A stretch of 63,110 bases of DNA, the filler included, from Octopus bimaculoides (taxonomy: Eukaryota): the NCBI RefSeq assembly GCF_001194135.2. It is 6 parts of 6 records of this genome, joined end to end, with 100 filler letters (N's around TTAATTAATTAA, not from the genome) between each part and the next. Parts side by side here need not be neighbours in the genome. Positions count along the whole stretch, not along the records: positions 31,592 to 46,024 come from NC_068982.1; positions 46,125 to 56,369 come from NC_068989.1; 4 more parts are not named here. One strand, written 5' to 3'. Both the position numbers and the translations under genes were made by a program. A model generated the notes under the pieces. It was not told the DNA's origin. It made no database searches and saw nothing but the letters and a program-made list of their open reading frames with translations. Shown here one piece after another: positions 38,292-49,320 of the stretch; the stretch's first letter is position 1; each line of letters opens with the position of its first letter.

Positions 38292-39540
38292 TACATATAT
38301 TTGTATATATATGCATATTTAATGCATATATGTATATCCATGTATGCATGTGTGTAAAAGCATTATATACATGCTTCTGTACCAAATACATATAAATACA
38401 AGAGCACACATTTATATCTCTACATCATGGCACCTCAATATACACTTCGCTTATAGCTGTGTATTGTGTATAAACATTACTCTATCAGCTCTGCAAACTT
38501 CATTTCCCTTTAAACACATTGATTTTTCCATGCATTGGTAGTAATTGATATCACTTGAGAATTTTAATTTCTTCATATTTTTCAACCTCCTTAAAAGAAT
38601 GTGATAATTATAAAACGATAATAATGCTGATATTTTTATCATGATAATAACGTTGTGTGTTTACTAACAAAGGAAACTGTTTCATATTTCAATTAGAACC
38701 AAAAATAAAATTAAAATATATAAGAATCAAAGTGAAGAGAAATTGCATCATTATTGAATATAAATAGGAATTTACGTAAGTTTTCATAATTCCCTTTAAG
38801 TTTTTGTTTTTTAATCAAAAATTCCTTTCAACATTTCACATTGTTTCCAAATCAATAGCTCGCTTCTTTTATTTGCTAATGATATCTATACATACATATA
38901 CGTTTTGATAATTATATAGCAGTTGATGAGTGGCAAGTTTGCAGATACAATAATGCTGGACTAAATACCTTGCCCTGTATAAGTTTAAAGTCTGCTAGAA
39001 CCAGATTTGATTTAATTCACTGTTTCTTTCCTTGCATAACTTTCCATTGTGATTAGAGAAAAGGAATCAATAATTGTACATTGGTTTAGGAGGAAGGAAT
39101 TGGCAGAGAAAACTAAAATGCCTGATTAAGAGTATTTGGGTATTTACTTTCATCTTTCTATGTTCTGGGTTCTAATCACATCAAGAGTCATTTTGATTTT
39201 CACCGCTCTTTGAAGTCAAATTTTGTCAATAATGGAATGGAATTATTTTGGTAAGAGGACATGTTCACATGTAGCTGATAATTTTATCATGAGAGTAACA
39301 TTGTGTGTTGTCTTTAATTCTCCAGCATGTGTCTGTTTGAAACCTAATCAAAGTAAACCAATTATTTATCAGCATAATGGCCAATGAAGAAGCCTTTAAA
39401 AAATCATTAGACCTACAAGAAATAGAGAACAAATCTTCCTCAAAACTCACCCTACAATTTTATGAAGAGAAAGGCAAACAAATCTTCCTCAAACGTCACC
39501 TTACATTTGACGGATATTTGTCCCCATCTTGTTTGTTGTT

Positions 39541-39586
39541 AACACAATGTTTCGGCTGATATACCCTCCAGCCTTCATCAGGTGTC
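39541..39586 (-). ncRNA. Minimal type I hammerhead ribozyme motif (family 1)
   Basis: gacac CTGATGA a ggctg-gagggtatat-cagcc GAAAC att gtgtt; stem III palindrome ACGT decayed to ACAT. Confidence 0.75.
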
Positions 39587-39691
39587 TTGGGGAAATTTTG
39601 AACCTGGGTTCTCATTCCTAAGGTATTTTTCGATGTTATTATTATAGTTCTATATTTAAGAGATGAGAAAGTATGTACATTATTTTTCCAC

Positions 39692-39737
39692 GATACCTGA
39701 TGAAGGCTGGAGGGTATATAAGCAGAAACGTTGCGTA
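39692..39737 (+). ncRNA. Hammerhead motif (family 1), degenerate
   Basis: gatac CTGATGA a ggctg-gagggtatat-aagca GAAAC GTT gcgta. Confidence 0.65.
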
Positions 39738-40624
39738 AACAACAAACAATATGAGGACAAATATCCATCAAATGTAAATAATGTTATTATCATTATTATT
39801 ATTATTATCATTATTATTATTATTCAGGTCACTACCTGGAATCGAACTCGGAATCTTGGAGTTAATAGCCCGTGTTCTTAACCACTATGCCCTATGCCCG
39901 TGTTTGTTTGTTTCTTCCTTTCCTTTCTTCTTTCATTTTCCTTCCGATCTTATTGATACTTGTCCATGCATTAGATCTTTTTACTTTGACAGACTTGTTT
40001 CAGTTTTATCTACACAGATATAGTTTTTCATGTCCATTGCAAAGATCACAAGCATTTTTTGATGAAATTAATAAAGAAAACGTTATGAAGCTTTAAAGTT
40101 TGCCATCATTTGTAGTTTTAGCCACACAGGTCAACTTCTTCTCAACATCCCATCCAGCAGATGATGCTATCTGTACATGTTCCCAAACAGATGAAACCAT
40201 CTTGGCTCTGGCTTAGAGGTTAAAGGTTATAGCTAGTGTTTGGGGCTGTGTTAGAATTTAATTTAATTAGTTTAGTATCAGAGTTCACGGTTTTCCCATA
40301 ATATTGCCATGTCATGTACAGAATGGATAGATCTGACTGGCTAAAATTACCAAAATTTTCAATCTTTGAATATATAATATTTAATTGATAGCAACAGAAG
40401 CAGTATTAATACCAAAGACAATCTTTATCTTCAGCTCAATGTGGATAAGCCCACTGGCTATTTGTGATATCAGTATCTAAATAGACAATGAAATTCTGTA
40501 TATCGTTGATAGAAGGATTTAGCTGCTATGTTGCTACTAAATATGTGCCATTGAGGAGCCCAAGCAGGGTGAAATTATGTGATCTGGAAGCTCTGGCAAC
40601 TGTAGCAGATGATACTTATCTGTC

Positions 40625-41215
40625 AACGATATGAATACAAGTGTTTTTATGCACCACGAGTTCAAATGAGTTGCGGTAGATTATACAAAGGCGAAACATG
40701 TCGTCCCCTTAAAATAAGAGTAGAGGAACATCGTAAAGCTGTGACACGAGGGGATATTGAAAAATTGGGTATAGCTGATCATGTATGGAAAAATGGAGAC
40801 CACCTCCCCCTGTAGGATGAAGTTAAATTAATAGACGGAGAATACCACTGGAAAATATGAAAACTAAAAGAGGCAGCACATATGCTAGGACACAACAACC
40901 TCCTAAGCAGACTTAGTGCAGATATGAGTAGAATATGGGAACTAGTATTAAGAAAAGATATTAGGTTTATAGGCCCTAAAATTCACTCTATAATTACCTA
41001 CAAGCATATAGCAGGCAGGGACTTGGGAAATAGTGACAACAGAAAAAATGACATCAGCAAAAGGAATACCTTAGGAATGAGAACAGAGGATCCTATTAGT
41101 CAAATAAAGGGTTGGATTCAAAATTTCACCAGAACACCTGATGAAGGCTGGAGAGTACATCAGCTGAAACATTGTGGTAGCAACAAACAAGGTGAGGACA
41201 CCTATCCGTCCATTG
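40625..41215 (+). mobile_element. Penelope-like element 3' part: GIY-YIG endonuclease reading into an HHR-containing pseudo-LTR
   Basis: SCGRLYKGETCRPLKIRVEEHRKAVTRGDIEKLGIADHVWKNGDHLPL*DEVKLIDGEYHWKI*KLKEAAHM; the same frame continues to NTLGMRT...TPDEGWRVHQLKHCGSNKQGEDTYPS across the HHR. Confidence 0.88.
41133..41178 (+). ncRNA. Hammerhead motif in the Penelope tail
   Basis: aacac CTGATGA a ggctg-gagagtacat-cagct GAAAC att gtggt. Confidence 0.7.
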
Positions 41216-41246
41216 TACTATATTTTTTGATGTTAGATAGATTTTA

Positions 41247-41439
41247 CAGTTCTATATTTAAGAGATGAGGAATTATGTACATTATTTACATTTGATGGAT
41301 ATTTGTCCTCATCTTGTTTGTTGTTAACACTACATTTCGGCTGATATACCCTACAGCCTTCATCAGGTGTCTTGGAGAAATTTTGAACTTGGATTCTTAT
41401 TCCTAAGGTATTTTTCAATGTTATTATTATTATTATTAC

Positions 41440-41491
<52 letters not shown>

Positions 41492-41618
41492 GTTATTATT
41501 ATTATTATTATTATCATTAGTATTTTCTTTTCTTTTCTTTTTTTCAGGTCACTGCCTGGAATCGAACTCGGAATCGTGGGGTTACTAACCTGTGCTCTTA
41601 ACCAGTACATCATATGCC
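41247..41618 (-). mobile_element. tRNA-head/(TAA)n/hammerhead SINE, full length, tail-to-tail with the Penelope fragment
   Basis: Head ggcatatgatgtactggttaagagc...gagttcgattccaggcagtgacctga, (TAA)n, body, HHR at 41371-41326, 3' end ...cttaaatatagaactgta. Confidence 0.9.
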
Positions 41619-43397
41619 TGTGTTTTGCATATTGTGGACATCATGTTCATTGCTGACTAAATTCTATCCAATAAAGTAAAATAAAGATGAGAGCTCCCAT
41701 GGTAGTATACATATATTGCATAGTACACAGTAAAGGATGTATTGTAAAGTTTGGAGTCCAATGGATGTCAGAAAATATTTCACTTCTGAACAAACACCTA
41801 CCATGCACAATAAAGTATTGCTCAGATATGAAAACTTCTTCCATTATTACACACTTTTAATCCGACCTAAACGAAACTCATCAGTCAGATAAATAAATCT
41901 TCACTATGTTGCTGTGGAGTGTTGTAATTGTCTTTGTAACGATGGATCTTCTTGTATACCATTTCTTTTACCTTCATCTATCTTCCCCTACTCTCAAAGA
42001 GAAGAACTTTTCCATTTAGAACTTGTAATATCTTGGAAACTCTTCATGGAGTCACAAATATTTCTCTCCTTTATCAAAAGATCAACATTTATCATATTAA
42101 TCTTATCTAAAAGTCCTTTCTAGACAAAGAAGACATAAAAAAGTCCATGGACACTTTCCTTCCTCTCATACGTAAGCTACAAAAGAAATCCATTATATTT
42201 CATATTCTAAAAATTGTAGGATTTTTCTTTTAAAGTTCAAACAGTAGATTTAATCAAAAAATATTATCAACTATGAAAAGAAGAGAAGTATAATTTTACC
42301 GTAGAAAAATAAATAGTGCGTAGTATTGTTCATTCTTTCACAAGCATCATTTGAAATGTAAGTGAATCATTTTAACTGCAAATCTAAAGCACATCATGGA
42401 TTCAGTAGATTATGAATTGACCATTGTGACGTCAGCTATCATGATGCCTGTCACCGGTAAAAGAAGACAATGTAAACAGAATATTAACATCAGCAAAGCT
42501 GTATACTGAATCAATATTTCCTGATAGGAATCCCCTAAACTACACTTGATTACATTATATAGTTGTATAATTTCAAAACAGGCTCCTTTCTGTCTATCCA
42601 CTGAATTTATAATTCATCAAATTATTGCAGTGTTTCATATTTATGATATATATGGAATGCTCTTTCTTTTCCTATGATGTGGTCCTGATGCAGTGATGCA
42701 GTCCAACCATCTATCATTAGAATATTATCTTGTAAAGATTTATCTTTACAACAAGAATAAAGAAAATGAAGAAAAATTGCCAGACTTTTGTACTGGATAA
42801 TTTTTTACTTATTTTTGTTATTTTACGTTTCTCCAATCAGTAAGTTGTGGCCATGCTGGGTCACTGCCATCATATGAAAATAAATTTTTTTTAGAAAGCG
42901 GAAATGATAATTCTTTTGTTTTTAAAAGGTCTTAATACTGATTTCCATTGAACAAATATAAACCAACTTCAGTGGAGAAAAAATATAATGAATAAACGAA
43001 TCCAATTGTAATGCAGGTATTTAATTTATTGATTGTCGAAGGACAAAAGATAAAAATTAACCTGTTTTAATCCTGAAATCCAAAAATATAGCTGGGAAAA
43101 AGTATAAGGCTGAAATGCATTCCACTATTTCTGCTAACTTACCTCTCTAAGTTCAAGGAGTCCTTTAAAGTGTAGCATGATCTGGTAGAAATAGTAGACA
43201 AATTTCCCTCAAATCATACCTTGCTGTCTCAAAGGAATACAAATAAACATTATATAATGTATTTTTGCATATACTCTTTGAGACAAAATCTGGGACAGCC
43301 ACAACTCTAGCAACTTTCATCATAAGTCTGTTCATTGACCTGAGTGAAAACATCTCACAATTCACTGCTCGAATGTTTTTTTAATATGACTCCTTAT

Positions 43398-44032
43398 TAA
43401 GGTGGCGGAATGTTAGCATGCTTAGCGAAATGCTTAGCAGTATTTCATCTGTCTTTACGTTTTGAGTTCAAATTCTGCCAAGGTCATCTTCGCCTTTCGT
43501 CCTTTTGAGGTCAATAAATTAAGTACCAGTTGCGTACTGGGGTCGATCTAATCGACTGGTCCCCTCCTCAAAATTTCTGGGCCTTGTGCCTAGAGTAGAA
43601 GAGAAGCGTTAGCTCGCTGGGTGAAATGCTTAGCAGTATTTCATCTGTCTTTACTGTCTGAGTTCAAATTCCGCTGAGGTCGACTTAGCCTTTCAAGGTC
43701 AATAAATTAAGTACCAGTTGCGTACTGGTGTCGATGAGATCAGCTTAGCCTTTCATCCTTTCGAGGTCAATAAATTAAGTACCACTTGTGTACTGGAGTC
43801 GATCTAATCGACTGGCCCACTCCCCAAATATTTCAGGCCTCATACCTAGAGTAGAAAAGAAACGTTAGCACGCTGGGTGAAATGCTTAGCGGTACTTTGT
43901 CTGTCTTTACATTTCAAATTAGCTTTTCATCCTTTCGAGGTCAATAAATTAAATACTAGTTGCGTACTGGAGTCAATCTAATCGACTGGTCCCTTCCCCC
44001 AAAATTTTGGGTCTTGTGCCTAAAGTAGAAAA
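43398..44032 (+). mobile_element. Head-to-tail trimer of SINE family B (tail type 2) inside one TSD
   Basis: Three units ending tagagtagaa/taaagtagaa; flanks aatatgactccttat (43383-43397) and aatatgattccttat (44033-44047). Confidence 0.8.
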
Positions 44033-44193
44033 AATATGATTCCTTATCACTAGACGAAAGAGATTCAGATTTACAGGTGAATAAATGAAGTGTAGTAACA
44101 TTCAAGCTTTTCCCATGTATGTGATAATCAGAAATAAAACAAAGTAACTTCTAATGGCATTCGAAACTCTGCTTCATAAACATCAGCTTATAA

Positions 44194-44392
44194 CTCGGTT
44201 TCAAATTTTGGTACAAGACCAGCAATTTGGTGGGTGAGGAGGTAAGTTAATTACATTGACCCAGTGTTAAACTGGTACTTATTTTATCGACCCTGAAAGG
44301 ACGGAAAATAAAGTCGACCTTGGTAGAATTTGAACTCAGAATGTAAAAGCAGAAAGAACACCACTAAGCATTCTGCCAGCTCCCTGCCTTAT
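44194..44392 (-). mobile_element. SINE family B with 12-bp TSD
   Basis: TSD atcagcttataa at 44182-44193 and 44393-44404. Confidence 0.85.
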
Positions 44393-44916
44393 ATCAGCTT
44401 ATAATTTACAATTTAATCTTTCTCAGAACAAATATTTATATATTTATACTAATTTCTTGAATTATGAAAAAAAAAAACAAAAAAAAAACAGAAATGCGAT
44501 GAAATTAATGAATTATTTAATTGGTTTTATTTTTATCTGAAAACTCTAATTTCCTTCAATATCAAAAGTAACTGGGTACAACTTGTTAGTTCAATATGTT
44601 CGGAGTTTTGAAACAAGGTGAAAACACTAATTAGGGAATAATCTTATTTATTAGCAATAGACATCGATTATCTTAATGATATTCCAACTACAGAATTTGC
44701 AGAGAATCTTAAAGGTTAATCTGTTTGTCATATTGCTTATGCCTTTCATCAGAGTTAATACTGCAAAAAAAAAAAAAAGGAGAAAACTAGTAAATAGTAA
44801 CAAGTCCTTCTCAATGGAGTTAAAGACCAGTTATGATATATTAGAATTTAAATCTTAAGGCATGGTTTCTTCATAGCAATATACTAAATATTACTTTAAA
44901 CCTGATTTTAGTTTTT

Positions 44917-45017
44917 ACAGTTCTATATTTGAGAGATGAGGAATTATGTACATTATTTATATTATTTACAATATTTACATTCGACAGATATTTGTCCCCA
45001 TCTTGTTTGTTGTTAAC
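44917..45017 (-). mobile_element. Inverted 3'-tail fragment of the hammerhead SINE
   Basis: tacagttctatatttgagagatgaggaattatgtac...tttgtccccatcttgtttgttgttaac is the reverse complement of the element's last ~100 nt and abuts the head of the next copy. Confidence 0.85.
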
Positions 45018-45018
45018 A

Positions 45019-45088
45019 GGCATATGGTGTAGTAGTTAAGAGTGCGGGCTACTAACCCCAAGATTCTGAGTTCGATTCCGGGCAGTGA

Positions 45089-45156
<68 letters not shown>

Positions 45157-45303
45157 TCGAAAAATACTTTAGGAATGAGAACCCAGGTTCGAAATTTCCC
45201 CAAGACACCTGATGAAGGCTGGAGGGTATATTTGCTGAAAGGTTGTGTTAAGAACAAACAAGATGAGGACAAAAATCCGTCAAATGTAAATCATGTAAAT
45301 AAT
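45019..45303 (+). mobile_element. tRNA-head/(TAA)n/hammerhead SINE, clearest copy
   Basis: A box TGGTGTAGTAG, anticodon-like loop CT-ACT-AA, B box GAGTTCGATTCC (45019-45093); (TAA)n to 45153; body; HHR 45204-45249 gacac CTGATGA a ggctg..ttgct GAAA g gtt gtgtt. Confidence 0.9.
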
Positions 45304-45564
45304 GATTTTCGTTTGAATTCTAACTTAAAAAAGAAAACAGTTGTATATAATTGGCACTGATTTTTCGGAGTTGTCATTCCCTATTGCTATCAAATATACT
45401 TGATTAATATGTAATATATATGCATGTAGGAAGGAATGTATTTATGCATAGCTGTGCCTTTTTCTGAGTTTATATATGGAACATATGCCAGTGGATATAT
45501 ATATGTATATATANNNNNNNNNNTATTGCTGACATGGCCGATGACAGTTCCGCCTGATTAGCAC

Positions 45565-46013
45565 TCGTGCCAGTGGAACATTAAAAGCACCATCCAAATG
45601 TGATCGTTGCCAGGGCGCTGATAGGCTCCTATGCTAGTAGCACGTACAAAGCACCATTCAAGCGTGATCGTTGCTAGTGTTGCCTTACTTAGCACATGAG
45701 CCGGTAGCATGTGAAAAACAACATTTGAGCGTGATCGTTGCCAGTGCCGAAGGACTGGCTCCCGTGCAGGTGGCACGTAAAAAACACCTTTTGAGTGTGG
45801 TCGTTGCCAGTACCAACTGACTGGCCCTCATGTCAGTGGGACGTAAAAGCACCCACTACAATCTCGGAGTGGTTGGCGTTAGGAAGGGCATCCAGCTGTA
45901 GAAACTCTGCCATATCAGACTGGAGCCTGGTGCAGCCTTTTGGCTTGCCAGTCCTCTGTCAACCCATGCTAGCATGGAAAGCAGATGTTAAACGACGATG
46001 ATGATGATGATGC
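45565..46013 (+). mobile_element. Family C element with 4-5 tandem 5' modules
   Basis: Repeated gtgatcgttgccag modules, aggaagggcatccagctgtagaaac core, gttaaacgacgatgatgatg tail. Confidence 0.85.
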
Positions 46014-46398
46014 ATATATATATANNNNNNNNNNNNNNNNNNNNNNNNNNNNNNNNNNNNNNNNNNNNTTAATTAATTAANNNNNNNNNNNNNNNNNNNN
46101 NNNNNNNNNNNNNNNNNNNNNNNNTATATATATATATATATGCTTGTGTGCATGTTTGCGAATGTGTGGCGTTTGTTTGTGTATGGTGTGCGTTTACGTG
46201 TATTTGTGTCTGCACGCTGACGAGTGAGTGTATGCCCACTACAGACGCGTTCTTCTCGTTTTCTCTGTTTTTCAGGAAATAGCATCAGCCTTTTCTAGCG
46301 TGTTCGTATATTAATGAACATTTTGTTGCGTTTGAGTCCTCTGGTGGTCAGATTCCCTCGAAAGCATTTCATCCACAAGATGCTGTGTCTAAGCGTAC

Positions 46399-46462
46399 TA
46401 TGCAAGTACAATATTATAGATATAAGCGGTATCGCTTATATCCATAATATTGTACTTGCATA
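46399..46462. other. Near-perfect 30-bp hairpin with 4-nt loop
   Basis: tatgcaagtacaatattatagatataagcg-gtat-cgcttatatccataatattgtacttgcata; 29/30 pairs, single A46418-C46443 mismatch. Confidence 0.9.
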
Positions 46463-49013
46463 ATAATGTTTCAAAACACACATACTGACAAACAAAATTT
46501 TGAATTTTAACATTATATAGATGGTATAATTTTCTTTACGGTGTGTAGCTGTTTACTTGCAAAAGAGAAAAGTTTCATATTACAAGGAATTAGATGGAAT
46601 TATAAGCAAAACAATTTGCCATACCAGAAACCATTACCAAACCTTTCCATCTAAGAGGTTAAATAAATATTCAACGGTGGCTCTCCCATAATTTTCTGAC
46701 AAGTTCATGGGTAAATAATCTGAGCTTATATAAGAAAGAGCATTAGACATACATCAATAACTAACCAGTCACATTTTGTATTTATACATTGTATGGTTTC
46801 AGATATTACATAGCATTATCTATTACAGATATATATGTTTTAAGCAAACCAAGAACAGTGTAGATAAATATAAGTATAATAATATATTGCAAATGTATTT
46901 CTGATACACCATCTGAAAAATTAAAGGTTTCATTTTTGCATTTATAAAAATAGATAAGTAAGGAACTCCGATATTTTATTTTTCATCAACACCAATCTTT
47001 TAGAAATTTCAGAAGAAAGTTATTTTGAATGTTTTCAAGAATTGAAGAAAGCGATATCGATTAGATTTAATTGTAAATTGTCAGAATGTTTGCTATATAT
47101 TCGATTATTACTATTGACCGAATACAAAGCACAATCTATTCCCATGATGTAAATTAAATAGTTATTTACATTTTTCAACATTTAATTATTCTCCAGTTAG
47201 CAAATATCCACACGCCTTCTGATAATCCTTGATTCAATTATCGGACTATATAAGAGAGAAATAATTACCAAGAAATAATAAATGTGTACTGGTACAGCAA
47301 ATGAGCGCATATAATAAGAAATTGTCAGAAAAGAAATAAATATAAAATTCACATATCAACATATCAATTAGACAATATTTCTTTTTGAAATAACACTATC
47401 AGGAATTGATTATTGCTTTTCAGTTTGTCACAGAATGTTCTACGATGGATATGTCACGTATGAGTCGTGTATTGTAAATGACTAATAATCTTTCAATTCC
47501 TATTATGATTGTAATTTTCAACATATCTTTTTTCGTTGTGTACAATATAGTTTTATGCATCAATTGTATGTGTGAATGAAATTTGCGATAATATATCTAA
47601 ATGCATCATATATGTTGTCTGTGTTGATTTAAAAGTAGAATTTGATCGAAATATTCATTGGAAAAACAAAATAAACAAAATAATTTTATTGCTGGAAAGG
47701 CTGAACCATAAATTCCTGCTGTTTTTATTTTCCTTCTTTTTTAGAAGTCCTTGAAAATTAATAACTGATCTTTTCCACAAGTAAACTAATATTTACACAA
47801 ATGATATAGGGGATGGTTGTTCTCCGATTCCATCCACTCCAATATCTTCCTCTCAAGATAAATAAATAAACAAATAATAAAAAGAACTCGTAATGTTGCA
47901 TATCAACCGAAGTAAGATTCCTAGCTGAACAGCGAGGAGAATTGAACATAATAGAACATAATAGAAACATGTTTTCTTTCACGTTTCTCACCAACTTCCT
48001 TTCGATTTCTACAGCCAAGACAGCATGACGTAAATTAGCCATGATTTTTCCATTGGAAAAGATAAACATTTATCTCACGCTGAATTAAGGTTAGTGTTCT
48101 GAGTCGGAAATAAACAAACTTGCAGTCTAATACCTTTGAAATTGTGTGAGCATCATACCCCATAATAATATAAGAAAATTAGCATTTTTCCCGTATTATT
48201 TAATGAGGATAGGTTTTATAGCGCAGGATTATTCATATGGGTTACACCATCTTGAAGACCTGATCTTTATGCTAGTGCGCTTAGAGATATTCAGTCCGTT
48301 GAACCAATCTTTCTCCACATTAATGTTTATTTTCTCTTCAAAGCAATATGTTATGGATTCATTTGAGTTGTAGAAAAATGATATTTAAAATATAGATATA
48401 TGATGATATTTGCTATATTTGACTATTGATTTACTTGAAAATACCATTTCTTTGTGTAACAATGGTATTTGATAATATTATAATGAGACACTATTGTAAT
48501 TTTAGTAAAAAGAGAAAATATAACAATTATAAAATATATTCTCTGTTGCAAGGACTCCACCAGTATTTCACTAAATGATTCCTCTTTATATATTAATATA
48601 AACAGTCGGGTATTTGCCATGGATATAGTGAAAAAACTGATCATTTTCATTACGCTTATTTTCCCGTTGATAGTTAGAAATTCCGTCCATCTAGTTGAAG
48701 TACTATTACATTGATTTATGATCAGAATATATAGTCAAATAGGTGTTAAAGCTAAGAATGATAAATGTAAATACAGGAACAGATAAAGATATACGGCTTC
48801 GAGCCCATATGCAATAACATAGGCTCCACTAGAAAACACGACTGGAACCATGGTTTCACTAATAACTTGTGAATGGAATTTGGTAGAGACTGAATGTACA
48901 GAAGTTTGTCGGACCCATGCATCGACCCATCCATCGACACATACATACATAAATACATACACTTATCTATCCATACATATATCCATCCGTCCACCCATCC
49001 ATTCATATATATA

Positions 49014-49062
<49 letters not shown>

Positions 49063-49320
49063 GGAACGAAAGTAAAAACAAAAGGGAACGAAAGTAAAAA
49101 CAAAACACACACACACAGAGCAAGTAGGATATACCAATATCAATAGTAAAACCAAGCTGATCAATGTTGAAATTTACACTTGAAATCTGTGGGAAAGAAA
49201 CAACATAAGAAGCCACGTGGAGGTAATTTCACAGTTCGTAACTGATATAGGATATTGATTTTATGTAGATGGTCACGTATAAATATATTTTAAGGAAATA
49301 TGGAAAGCCAGATTGATATT

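Larger units (their letters stand above)
39503..39899 (-). mobile_element. tRNA-head/(TAA)n/hammerhead SINE, rearranged copy (two HHRs in opposite orientations)
   Basis: tRNA head 39899-39826(-), (TAA)n, inverted HHR segment 39692-39784(+), terminal piece 39685-39646(-), second body plus HHR 39645-39503(-). Confidence 0.85.

Noticed and set aside
39377-39500. ORF MANEEAFKKSLDLQEIENKSSSKLTLQFYEEKGKQIFLKRH
   Set aside because: Protein-like composition but no donor site or recognisable homology, and it runs into a SINE.
41865-41890. ctgatgagtttcg (minus) / cgaaactcatcag (plus) as a hammerhead
   Set aside because: The two half-motifs are on opposite strands of the same bases; no stems can form.
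42100-42601. Minus-strand acceptor at ~42177 and hydrophobic ORF 42410-42601
   Set aside because: Early stops after the acceptor and no recognisable domain.
45019-45093. SINE heads as genuine tRNA genes
   Set aside because: Acceptor and T stems do not pair properly, copies are diverged, and each is fused to a repeat body.
48015-48089. 75-nt segment with good acceptor and donor
   Set aside because: Stops in all three frames; could only be a UTR exon and cannot be supported without transcripts.
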